Positions 55,491-64,000 of a stretch of 64,000 bases of DNA are shown piece after piece. Origin of the DNA: an uncultured Gemmatimonadales bacterium (GTDB lineage: Bacteria; Gemmatimonadota; Gemmatimonadetes; Gemmatimonadales; GWC2-71-9). The position numbers were made by a program, and so were the translations under genes. The DNA lies in the NCBI GenBank assembly GCA_963821525.1, contig CAWGED010000019.1, forward strand, positions 832,001-896,000, written 5' to 3'. How positions within the stretch are numbered: the first letter of the stretch is position 1; each line of letters opens with the position of its first letter. The notes beneath the pieces are model-generated. The model did not search any database and had not been told where the DNA came from. It saw nothing but the letters and a program-made list of their open reading frames with translations.

Positions 55491-57199
55491 CCAGCCGTCT
55501 CCTTGATGACCTCTTCGAGCGTGGACACGCCTCTCTCAATCTTCTTGATTCCGTCCATCCGCAGGGTCAGCATGCCCTCGGCCACCGCCTGATCCCTGAG
55601 CTCCGCCACCGAGGCCCCTCGCAGAATGCCACGCCTGAGGTCGGGTGAGAGAGCCATGACCTCATAAAGGCCCGCTCGCCCCTTATAGCCCGTGCCATTG
55701 CATGTGTCACACCCAGAGCCCTTCTGGAAGGGCAAGTTCCGGACCTTCTCTATATCCTCGTCCAGGGACTTGAGTTCCACATCGGTATAGGTGTGCGGCC
55801 CCTTGCAGTCCTTGCAGATACGCCGTATCAGCCGCTGGGCCACGACCAGGTTGACGGCACTGGCCACATTGAACGCCTCGATCCCCATGTCGATCATGCG
55901 GGTGATCGTGCTGGGTGCGTCATTGGTATGCAAAGTGGAGAGCACCAGGTGCCCCGTGAGTGCGGCTTTGATCGCGATGCCGCCGGTCTCCAGGTCCCGG
56001 ATCTCCCCGATCATGATGATGTTGGGATCCTGTCGCAGGAACGCCTTCAGCGCCGCCGCGAAGGTGAGCCCGATCTCGTTGCGGACCAGGACCTGATTGA
56101 TCCCCATCAGGTTGTACTCGACCGGGTCCTCCGCCGTCATGATGTTGGTCTCGATGGTATTGACCCGGGACAACGCGGAGTAAAGCGTCGTCGTCTTTCC
56201 CGAGCCGGTCGGCCCCGTGACCAGTACCATGCCGTACGGATTCAGAATCGCCTTCATCAAGTCCGCCTCGGCCTTGGGCTCGAAGCCGAACTTGCTGAGA
56301 TCGAGAGTCAGGTTCCCCTTGTCGAGAATTCGCATCACGATCTTCTCGCCGAAGAGCACCGGCAGAGTGGATACCCGGAAGTCGATCACCCGGTTGCCCA
56401 TTTTCAGCTTGAGGCGGCCGTCCTGCGGCACCCGCCGCTCCGCGATATTCAGCTGGGAGAGAATCTTGACGCGCGAGGTGAGCGCGGCCTTCATCTTCAC
56501 CGGTGGCTTCATCACTTCGAGCAGCGCGCCGTCGATGCGGTAACGCACCCGGATTTCGTGCTCGAACGGCTCGATGTGAATGTCCGACGCACCCCGCTTG
56601 ACCGCGTCGGTCAGAATGCCGTTGATCAGCTTAACGACCGGCGCGTCGTTGATCTGCGCCTGGGTCGCGGCCTCCTCCTCTGCGTCCTCCACCACCTCGA
56701 CATCCGTATCACCCATGTTCTCCATGTCCTTCAGCAGCGTCTGCAGCTGCTGATCGGAGGACTCGTAATGCTTTTCCAGGAGATTGCGCAGGGTGTACTC
56801 GCCGGCGATGACCGGGAACAGGTCGTACCGGGTAATGAACTTCAGGTCGTCGAGCACCCCGGTGTTGGTGGGGTCCGCCATGGCGACGGTCAGGGTGCGT
56901 CCTTCGCGCTTGAGCGGGAGCAGGATGTGTTTCAGCGCGAAGTCCCCGGGGACCATCTTGAGGATCCTCGGATCCACCTCGAACCGGGACAGGTCCACCG
57001 CCGGCATCCGATACTGGCGGGCCAGGACCTTGGTGACCTCCAGCTCCTGCACCAGTCCCAGTTTGACCAGAACGTAGCCCAACCGGTGTCCGGTGGACTT
57101 TTGCTCGCTCAGGGCCGCCGAGAGTTGCTCACGTGTGATGAGCCCTTCGCGGATGAGTATGTCACCCAGCCGATCGTTGCTGGCCGCAGCTGTCGCCAT
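55487..57199 (-). CDS. pilB: Type IV pilus extension ATPase PilB
   Basis: N-terminal RLG..L motif, ASDIH, PQDG, GPTGSGKTTT, LRQDP, CxxC...CxxC, GYKGR. Confidence 0.97.
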   Translation of the reverse strand: MATAAASNDRLGDILIREGLITREQLSAALSEQKSTGHRLGYVLVKLGLVQELEVTKVLARQYRMPAVDLSRFEVDPRILKMVPGDFALKHILLPLKREGRTLTVAMADPTNTGVLDDLKFITRYDLFPVIAGEYTLRNLLEKHYESSDQQLQTLLKDMENMGDTDVEVVEDAEEEAATQAQINDAPVVKLINGILTDAVKRGASDIHIEPFEHEIRVRYRIDGALLEVMKPPVKMKAALTSRVKILSQLNIAERRVPQDGRLKLKMGNRVIDFRVSTLPVLFGEKIVMRILDKGNLTLDLSKFGFEPKAEADLMKAILNPYGMVLVTGPTGSGKTTTLYSALSRVNTIETNIMTAEDPVEYNLMGINQVLVRNEIGLTFAAALKAFLRQDPNIIMIGEIRDLETGGIAIKAALTGHLVLSTLHTNDAPSTITRMIDMGIEAFNVASAVNLVVAQRLIRRICKDCKGPHTYTDVELKSLDEDIEKVRNLPFQKGSGCDTCNGTGYKGRAGLYEVMALSPDLRRGILRGASVAELRDQAVAEGMLTLRMDGIKKIERGVSTLEEVIKETAG

Positions 57200-57252
57200 C
57201 TCGCCAAGATTCGGATTGTGAGGAATGACAACGGTTTAGGGCACTTCCTCCT

Positions 57253-57280
57253 AAGCTAGATAGAGGGGTGGGGGTGTCAA
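57253..57280 (-). promoter_or_regulatory. Putative sigma70 promoter of pilBTC
   Basis: TTGACA-N16-TAGCTT. Confidence 0.6.
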
Positions 57281-57323
57281 GTCGTGAGCCGCACCGGAAT
57301 GACTTTGCCGGCTGGCAGAATTT

Positions 57324-57932
57324 CTACTGGACTGCCAAGGATTCTCGCACTTTGGCCAGGGTGGCGGGTCCGATTCCTCCTACCTTGAGCAGTTCGTCCA
57401 CGTTGCCAAAGGACCCGTGCCGGGTGCGATAGGCCACGATCCGACCGGCCATGTACGGGCCGATTCCGGCGAGGCGCTCGAAGGCCGCGGAGTCTGCCGC
57501 ATTGATGTTGAGAGTCGCGCGGTGAACCGAGGGTTCGACCGTTGGTCGTCCGGAAAACACGACATGAGGGGAGAGACCTGCCAGGAGACCCGGACCGACT
57601 CCCGGCACTCGATCGAGTCCTTGAAGACTCCCGAAGGGCCCACGGGCATCGCGATCGGCTTTGATGGTTTTGGCCAGGGTGCGTCCCACTCGAGGTAACC
57701 TGGCGATGTCATCCACCGAGGCCTTATCCAGATCGATCATCTCTCCGGGAGCGAGCGGCCGGTCCAGACTCATTGATCGCTCGCGCTGAGCCGCGAGCGG
57801 CTGACTGGAATCCGGAGGAAGAAGGACCAGGCCACCAGGTGCGGTATCGGGACGATTCCACCAGACCCGAATGCCCTGCCCCACGAGGGCAAGCCCCAGC
57901 AGGAGGAGGATGGCGCGACGCTCCGGGCCCAT
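57324..57932 (-). CDS. comEA: ComEA-family helix-hairpin-helix DNA-binding protein (two HhH pairs)
   Basis: N-terminal TM; LPRVG/VPGVGP and LNINAA..LAGIGP/VGGIGP. Confidence 0.85.
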   Translation of the reverse strand: MGPERRAILLLLGLALVGQGIRVWWNRPDTAPGGLVLLPPDSSQPLAAQRERSMSLDRPLAPGEMIDLDKASVDDIARLPRVGRTLAKTIKADRDARGPFGSLQGLDRVPGVGPGLLAGLSPHVVFSGRPTVEPSVHRATLNINAADSAAFERLAGIGPYMAGRIVAYRTRHGSFGNVDELLKVGGIGPATLAKVRESLAVQ

Positions 57933-57989
57933 GGCCCATGGTAGCGCTGAAGTCGCGAGAAGGGCTTACCGGGAAAATGCGGGTATGGG

Positions 57990-58925
57990 TTACTTCTCTG
58001 CTTTCCTTACCAAGGCCATCCCCACGTCGCCCACGACCTGAAGAGATTGGGCGCTGACCTTATCGAGAGTGTCTGCGGGAGTGTGCCAGTAGAGGCGCCC
58101 CACGCTGTCGGGATAAGCGAAATCGACGACGTCGATGGCTCGGATGCCCACCTTCTGCAGCTCCACGTGATCGTCGATCAGTGTCGGCCCGAGGCCGGGA
58201 GAGTAGACGAAGACGCTGCCGTGCCCGATTTCCCTCGCCGTATTCCAGACCAGCTCTACGACTTCCGGGGCGGCGAGCAGCGACTGTCCCTCGGGCAGCA
58301 GCTTGAGATCCTTGTCGGCCACGAGGTCGAAGAGCACGGCGTAGAGTGGGAGCTGGCCGGGCTCCAGGTGCCGGGCGTAATAGCGCGACCCGATGAGAAC
58401 GTCGTCCTTCTCCTTCTCAAAATCGCCGTAGTCCTCCCCATCCACAAACAGCAGGTCTATGCCAACGCCTTTGGGTGGGGACTTTTTGAGGACGTCCGCC
58501 ATTCCCATCAGCACGGCGGTGCCGGAGGCGCCATCGTTGGCTCCGGGAACCGGCGTGTGGGGACCGTTGTACTTCGGGTTGTCGGAGCGTGGCCTGGTGT
58601 CCCAGTGGGCCAGGAAGAGGAGCCGATCGCGGGAGCCGGGATTGAACCGCGCGATGAGATTGGTGAGCGGCAGCGTGTCACCTTTCTGGGTGACGTGCTT
58701 CCAGCTCTGCACGACTACTGTGTCGGCACGCTGGCGCAGCAGCGAATCCATCCAGGCAGCCTGTGCCTCGTGCGCCGGAGTCCCCGGAATTCGGTAGCCG
58801 AAACCGACCTGCCGCTGCAGGTAGGTGAAGGCGGTAGCGCCGTCGAACTCGTGGAGAGGAATGTCTGCCTTTGGCGAGCAGGCGAAGAAGCCGAGGGCGA
58901 GGAGTTGGAGGTGGCGAATGGTCAT
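57990..58925 (-). CDS. M28-family lipoprotein, glutaminyl cyclase-like
   Basis: Lipobox FFAC, AHWDTRP, GANDGASG, DGEDYG, DDH, WHT..D. Confidence 0.82.
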   Translation of the reverse strand: MTIRHLQLLALGFFACSPKADIPLHEFDGATAFTYLQRQVGFGYRIPGTPAHEAQAAWMDSLLRQRADTVVVQSWKHVTQKGDTLPLTNLIARFNPGSRDRLLFLAHWDTRPRSDNPKYNGPHTPVPGANDGASGTAVLMGMADVLKKSPPKGVGIDLLFVDGEDYGDFEKEKDDVLIGSRYYARHLEPGQLPLYAVLFDLVADKDLKLLPEGQSLLAAPEVVELVWNTAREIGHGSVFVYSPGLGPTLIDDHVELQKVGIRAIDVVDFAYPDSVGRLYWHTPADTLDKVSAQSLQVVGDVGMALVRKAEK

Positions 58926-58941
58926 GGGGTAGGTGGACGTT

Positions 58942-59040
58942 GTCGGTGGTCAATGGTCGATGGTCAATGGCCGACAGTCAATAGAGGTCATTCGTGAGTC
59001 TTGAGGCTCATCGACCATTGACCCTCGACCATCGGCTGTC
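58942..59040. repeat. Inverted heptamer tandem-repeat element (TGGTCRA/TYGACCA)
   Basis: tggtcaa tggtcga tggtcaa tggccga cagtcaa ... tcgacca ttgaccc tcgacca. Confidence 0.85.
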
Positions 59041-59052
59041 GCCTCTAGAAGG

Positions 59053-62000
59053 CTACCGGTAATCTCCCGCAAACAACGACAACTGCACCGAGGCCGTGAT
59101 GATGATTTGGGAGAACTTCCGGTTGATGTGCCGCGCCTCGTTGACCGAATAGGAGAACTGCAGTCCCGCCGACAGCGTCTGCATGACATCGGTATCGACA
59201 CCGGCCCGGAGCTCCTGCCGCCGGGTATCCGATGTGACCTCGCATTCTGACACACTCGGCCGATCGAGGCAGGTGATCGCCTTGGACCAGAGTGCAGTGA
59301 GCGAGGAGCGCGCGACCTTCTTCTGCCGGTTGATCCGGAACGGGAGGGGGAAGGAATAGTTCAGGCTGCCGTTGATGTCATCCTGGTTCAGGCGGTTGAG
59401 GTTTCCGTTGTTCTCCGATTCCTGGTCCAACATGTTGTACGCGACCGTGAGGGCCACACCATTGGTAAACCCGACCTGGAGATCGGGCGTGACCGAAGAG
59501 GACTTGGTGGAGCTCACCGTCGGTTCGGCGCCGATGGCGCCCGGGGAGGTGGTTGTCCCTTCCCTCACCCGGAACGCCGTGCCCAAGCCGAGCAGGGAAA
59601 ACGGTCCGTTCCGCAGCGTGCGAGTCCACCGGACGTTGCCACTGGGCCACTCTCGCTGCAGGCTCTCGGTGTTGAGATAGCGGCCGACGATCTGCTGGAA
59701 GCGGTTCGACCGAATTCGGGAGTAGGTGAGTTGCGCACTGATCCCGAATGGCAGGTCCGCACCGCCGCTGAATGACGTGGTGCGCGTCTCGGTGGCGGCG
59801 ATCGCCTTCTCACCCTCCTGGTTGAGGAAGTCCTCCAACCCGCCGAGCGCCAGCATGTACGACAGACCGGGATCAAAGGTCGCGAGATCGTAGGTCGAGG
59901 TGTGCCCCAGGCGGTCGCTCAAATCGAAGGGGCGAGCCCGGCGGGCCAGCCGGCCTATCGACGTACTATCTCCGAAGATCCCCGCCAGGATTCCGCCCAG
60001 ATCAAATCCGACTCCAATCTCGTTCTGCCGGCCGTTGTTCAGCGTCTGGGGGAGAATGAAGGCGCCCGCGGTGTCATCGATTTCCCGGACCGGATCGCGG
60101 CTGGTCAGGCTGCGGGAGAGCACGAAGGTGCTGCCGCTGATCAGGCGGGGCCGCAGCCAGGACGTGACCCTCGGAGTAAGCCCGAACGTCGTGGTGAGGG
60201 TTCGGTCGCGCTCGACTCCAACATCGATGCCCAGGAACTGCTTCCTCGAGTCGCCGACCAGTCGCCCGAGCGAGGTCGAATCGGGATAGTCACGAAGATC
60301 CCGGGTGCTGGCGAGGTCTCCCGAGAGCCGGAGCATTCCGAGCGGCTGCCAGGTCATTCCGGCGGAGTTGCGCCAGAGGTCGGTGAGCGACTGGAGCACC
60401 GGAAGCAGCGAGTCCGAGGCCCGTTCCACCGGCACTCCAAACGAGGTGAGTTGCGACTCGTTCTTGAGCAACCCGCTGGATAGGCGCACCGAGGTCGGTG
60501 CCAGGTTCACGAAGGGCCGGCGCAGCCCCTCTCCGCCCTGGCTGTTCTTGAGGAACCCGGGCAGATGGTCCACCAGACCTCCGAGATTGAGACCGAACCC
60601 GCCTCGTCCAGGAATCAGCGCATAGACCGCATTGTACGCCTGGGCGTTGGAGCTGGCGGAGGAAAGCTCGGTCTGGCTCCGGCCGTCGGTGAGGGCGGCG
60701 TTGAGGGACAGCGGGTCGAAGAACCCTCGCACCCACCACGAACGGCCGCGTGTCGCTCGCCGCAGTGAGACGGTCCAGGCGAGCGTCCAGCTCTCCGGCT
60801 TCCGGAGGTTGGTGAGGTCGGAGCCCCGGATGTCGGTACCGGTCAGCAGCTCCGGGTTGGTACCGCTCCGGACATACGACACACCAAACGGCATCGAGAT
60901 GCCGAGTGAGGTGGGAAGGAACCGCTCGAGTCGCAGCGAGCTTGCCGCGGTGAGGACACCGGTCGTGCGGTAACTCGGATCCTGACCCAGTTGCTGGAAG
61001 AATCCGTCCTGCCAGACGTACCCAAGACTGAAGTCGCCAACGTCGGACGCCGTGAGGTGCGCATCGAGCGCCATCGCAGTACCGAGGTTCGATACCGGCT
61101 CCACCAGTCGAATGTCGTCGATCCAGACTTCCGCACTGTCGGTGCTGGCGTTGGACGCCACTCTGAGAATTCCGGCGGCAAGCTCCTGGACAGCGGCAAG
61201 GTTCGGTGGACTCACATCGGGATCACCGACGTGAACCAGGTAGCCGTTGTTGTTGCAAAGCACGTACGCGGTGGAAATCGTATCGCCGCCGCAGGCGACG
61301 CGAGTCGCGCTATCGGCTGGAAGGCCCTGGAGCCGTCGCGACTCGATCTGCGCCCGCATATCGCGGAAGACCTCCAGATTGACGGCGATCTCCGGCAACC
61401 ATGTCGTAGTGGATGAGCGGGTCCGGTATTCATAGAAGTTCCGGCTGTCGCTACCCATGCGGATGTAGGCCTCGTAATCGCCTTCGAGCCAGCCATCGCC
61501 CGAACCGCGGGCCCACACTCTGAGCTCCCGATAGCCCAGCACGTTCTGGGGGCCGCTGGGAAACCGGAAGTACGCCTCGGCGCGCTGCCCCTGGGTGAAC
61601 CGGCTGGCCACGATCCGGAGCGAGCGCTCGTTGATCTGCCGCCCAAACTCGTCAACTGCGCCGCCCTTGCTGGAAGTGGATCCGCTGACACCCGGCGGCG
61701 AGACGTAGCCCAGCTCGCTGTTCTCGGTGGAGATGGTAGAGGCAACGACCTCTCCAATCGGTGCCCCGGTCGCCCCCTGGATGCTTGCGATAGGCGATTC
61801 GGCCCGGCGGACCCAGGGAGCACCCAGGAACCGCATGCGGCCGAGCGCGAAGCGGGCGACGATATCCGAGCCCCCCTGGTCGGGATCGGCTACTACGGTC
61901 AACCGCAGGTGCTGAATCAACCTGATGTTGGGTGTGCCCAGCTCGAACTCCGGCCGCCGGAGCGGAATTCGGTAGAGCTTCCATCCCGCGATCGAATCGG

Positions 62001-64000
62001 CGGCGAAAACCCCGTTCCGCACGAAGTACTTGGGATCGGTGACGTCCACCACCCAGCGGAAAACGTTCTCGGCGGTGCCAGTGGCGTTGAGGAAGTTGTC
62101 GTTGTTCAAGTCTTCCGTGTCGAGCAACCCATTGCCATTGGTACAGCGGGCGCCCAGGTCGCCCCAGCGGTAAACCGGGACGGTGCTGCTCAGCACCCGC
62201 TGGCAGAGGGCCGGGTTGAGGACCGGCCCCGAGGGCGAAAAGATCGTGTCCGGCCGGTCGGAGAGGATCCCGATGTCATCCACTTCGGCGTTGAAGATGC
62301 CGGTCGGCTCGCGCTCGGTATTGAGCAGGTTCAATCCGTCGTATCTCCTTCCCGTGAAGGTTGAGTCGACATGGACACTATCGGGCGCCAACGCGAGCGC
62401 GTCCTCATTCACGCTGCCCAGATCGACTACGATCTGGACGTGGGCGGAATCCGCCGTCCGGGGATTGCCCTCGAACACCCAGAACTCGAGAAACTCGTTC
62501 TTGGAGAGGTCGACGCCGGTGCTGCTCAAGGCGGAAACCATTGAACGCCAGCGCGGACGGTTGGGCCGAGCCGGCAGTGACCAGAGCGAGTGATTGTTCT
62601 GCTGGACGATGCCGCCCGCCGTATCGGCATGCAGGGTGGTATAGAGCACCGTCTCCAGCTGATCCGCGGAACCAGCCACCTGGATGCTGGGATCAATGTC
62701 CTTGGCACGCAGCTCCACGACGCCGCCGGTGCCGTTGGGGATCAGATTCTGCCAGGTCATCTGGACAGCATCGGCGCTGTCGAACGAGGCGCCAACCACC
62801 TGCGTCACGCCATCGGCGAACTGCGGCTTGCTGGAGAACTCCCACAAGTTCTCCCGGAGTGAGACCGGCACTCCGTTGTCGCCCTCGAACTCCTCCAGGT
62901 AAGCCTGTCCTGACCGGTTGGGATCCGGCCGCGTCACGGCGAACTCGGCGTTGACGTCCAGCCGAGAAGGCGCGACGGCGGGACTCGAGGTGAGCTTGTT
63001 GAAGAAGCGGGTTACCGCGTCCGGCTTGAAGCGCAGGTCGGTGCTGATCCCGCCCACCATGTTCGCGCTGGCCTCGAAGCCCAGCTGAGGACGATTGAAG
63101 GCGGATTGCTCCACCTGGTAGATGCCGATCAGGTTGATCCCGCCGGTCTGACCGAGAGAGTAGCGACTGGCCACACCGTAGATCGAAGTCGGAGCAATGG
63201 CGAATATGCCGCGCTCCTCGAATCGGGCGGTTACCTGGGTGGTTCCCGCGGTCCCAAACAGCCCGTCGGGATCGAGGAAGGTGATCTGGCCAACGTCGTA
63301 GGAGATGTTGTAGTCCACTCCCCGCTCGAGCACCCGGCCGTTCACAATGAGCTGCTCGCTCCCGTCGCGGATCTGCAGCGCGTTGAGGTCAAGCGTGCTC
63401 CGGTCTCCGGTGCTGCTGGCGTTGTACTGCAGGCGCAGGACGAACTTTGCCGGAGGCCCCTCCTGAAACAGCAGGTAGATCGGCGTCTTATAGAGGGAGT
63501 CCGACACCTCGGACAGGTTGAGCTTGGTACTGTCGGCGAAGGGAATCAGCGTGGGGAAGATGATGTACGCTTCCCTCACCGTCTGGTCGGCCGCCGCGTC
63601 CCGGACTCGGGGGAACAGCCGGTCCTGAAGATTGAAGAGGGTCGGATCGCTGGAGGTCGAGAGGCCCAGTTGGGAGAGGTAGGTCGGCTGCGCACCCGGC
63701 TTGAGAGGCCGCTCCGACTGGTTAAGCGTGATGGTCAGCTTGAGCGAGGTCAGGATCCAGGTCGGTGCCAGCCACCCGGTAGACCTGCCGCATCTCGTGC
63801 CGGAACGTCGGCTTGGTCGCGTCCACCTTCGGCTCGACGATGAGCCGAAGGGTATCCCGGGCCGCTCCGCCCGGAGGCGGGGGATTGTCCCGGGCCGGGA
63901 AGGTGCCGACCTGCCCCGCCGGCGTCGTGTAGCTGACGGCCAGATAGTCGTTGCGGTCCAGCCGGGTGCCCAGCGCAAACCAAAGCCCCGAGCCATCCAG
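59053..64000 (-). CDS. sprA: Large outer-membrane protein, SprA/Sov (T9SS translocon)-like; 5' part beyond the window; frameshift near 63770
   Basis: L.RGVDY.I.Y..G, YLEEFEG, VDLG.VNED, DTEDLN, GWKLYRIPL, EVWIDDIRL, long beta-rich C-terminus; >1550 aa in frame. Confidence 0.75.
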   Translation of the reverse strand, partial: WMARGFGLRWAPGWTATTIWPSATRRRRGRSAPSRPGTIPRLRAERPGIPFGSSSSRRWTRPSRRSGTRCGRSTGWLAPTWILTSLKLTITLNQSERPLKPGAQPTYLSQLGLSTSSDPTLFNLQDRLFPRVRDAAADQTVREAYIIFPTLIPFADSTKLNLSEVSDSLYKTPIYLLFQEGPPAKFVLRLQYNASSTGDRSTLDLNALQIRDGSEQLIVNGRVLERGVDYNISYDVGQITFLDPDGLFGTAGTTQVTARFEERGIFAIAPTSIYGVASRYSLGQTGGINLIGIYQVEQSAFNRPQLGFEASANMVGGISTDLRFKPDAVTRFFNKLTSSPAVAPSRLDVNAEFAVTRPDPNRSGQAYLEEFEGDNGVPVSLRENLWEFSSKPQFADGVTQVVGASFDSADAVQMTWQNLIPNGTGGVVELRAKDIDPSIQVAGSADQLETVLYTTLHADTAGGIVQQNNHSLWSLPARPNRPRWRSMVSALSSTGVDLSKNEFLEFWVFEGNPRTADSAHVQIVVDLGSVNEDALALAPDSVHVDSTFTGRRYDGLNLLNTEREPTGIFNAEVDDIGILSDRPDTIFSPSGPVLNPALCQRVLSSTVPVYRWGDLGARCTNGNGLLDTEDLNNDNFLNATGTAENVFRWVVDVTDPKYFVRNGVFAADSIAGWKLYRIPLRRPEFELGTPNIRLIQHLRLTVVADPDQGGSDIVARFALGRMRFLGAPWVRRAESPIASIQGATGAPIGEVVASTISTENSELGYVSPPGVSGSTSSKGGAVDEFGRQINERSLRIVASRFTQGQRAEAYFRFPSGPQNVLGYRELRVWARGSGDGWLEGDYEAYIRMGSDSRNFYEYRTRSSTTTWLPEIAVNLEVFRDMRAQIESRRLQGLPADSATRVACGGDTISTAYVLCNNNGYLVHVGDPDVSPPNLAAVQELAAGILRVASNASTDSAEVWIDDIRLVEPVSNLGTAMALDAHLTASDVGDFSLGYVWQDGFFQQLGQDPSYRTTGVLTAASSLRLERFLPTSLGISMPFGVSYVRSGTNPELLTGTDIRGSDLTNLRKPESWTLAWTVSLRRATRGRSWWVRGFFDPLSLNAALTDGRSQTELSSASSNAQAYNAVYALIPGRGGFGLNLGGLVDHLPGFLKNSQGGEGLRRPFVNLAPTSVRLSSGLLKNESQLTSFGVPVERASDSLLPVLQSLTDLWRNSAGMTWQPLGMLRLSGDLASTRDLRDYPDSTSLGRLVGDSRKQFLGIDVGVERDRTLTTTFGLTPRVTSWLRPRLISGSTFVLSRSLTSRDPVREIDDTAGAFILPQTLNNGRQNEIGVGFDLGGILAGIFGDSTSIGRLARRARPFDLSDRLGHTSTYDLATFDPGLSYMLALGGLEDFLNQEGEKAIAATETRTTSFSGGADLPFGISAQLTYSRIRSNRFQQIVGRYLNTESLQREWPSGNVRWTRTLRNGPFSLLGLGTAFRVREGTTTSPGAIGAEPTVSSTKSSSVTPDLQVGFTNGVALTVAYNMLDQESENNGNLNRLNQDDINGSLNYSFPLPFRINRQKKVARSSLTALWSKAITCLDRPSVSECEVTSDTRRQELRAGVDTDVMQTLSAGLQFSYSVNEARHINRKFSQIIITASVQLSLFAGDYR

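Noticed and set aside
63770..63996. N-terminus MARGFGLRW... of the 1647-aa ORF as the real start
   Set aside because: Out-of-frame sequence before a frameshift; the gene begins beyond the window.

Overview
GC-rich chromosomal segment whose gene content and protein style (expanded kinase-TolB-like-TPR proteins, SprA homolog, short type IVa pilins) suggest Gemmatimonadota; the taxon is an inference. Almost all genes are on the minus strand. Housekeeping genes: hslU, hslV, xerC, trmFO, topA, aroK, aroC. A split type IVa pilus system: pilMNOPQ; two near-identical major pilins bracketing pilV/W/X-like minor pilins; a TMTC-like glycosyltransferase; pilS/pilR; and separately comEA-pilB-pilT-pilC. 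Also a MarR-dioxygenase-esterase (mhqRED-like) quinone-stress cluster, ada, trxC, tandem Ser/Thr kinases, a PAS-GGDEF-EAL protein, an M28 glutaminyl-cyclase-like lipoprotein and a large SprA-like gene running off the right end. Many genes are broken by single-base frameshifts, probably sequencing errors. The best candidate for an undescribed system is a translationally coupled 5-gene operon at 42918-52157: membrane Ser/Thr kinase, HtrA, NTT-family nucleotide transporter, a signal-peptide/atypical-kinase-like/beta-barrel outer-membrane protein, and an NTT-HEAT transporter. It could supply ATP to an extracytoplasmic kinase. Other notable signals: five intergenic elements of inverted heptamer tandem arrays around tiny start-codon-bearing spacers; three sigma54 promoters of shared architecture, one with no pilin behind it; a near-identical tract shared by the tandem kinases; and Gln at +1 of most predicted signal peptides near a glutaminyl-cyclase-like gene. 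No rRNA, tRNA, CRISPR or IS element was recognised.
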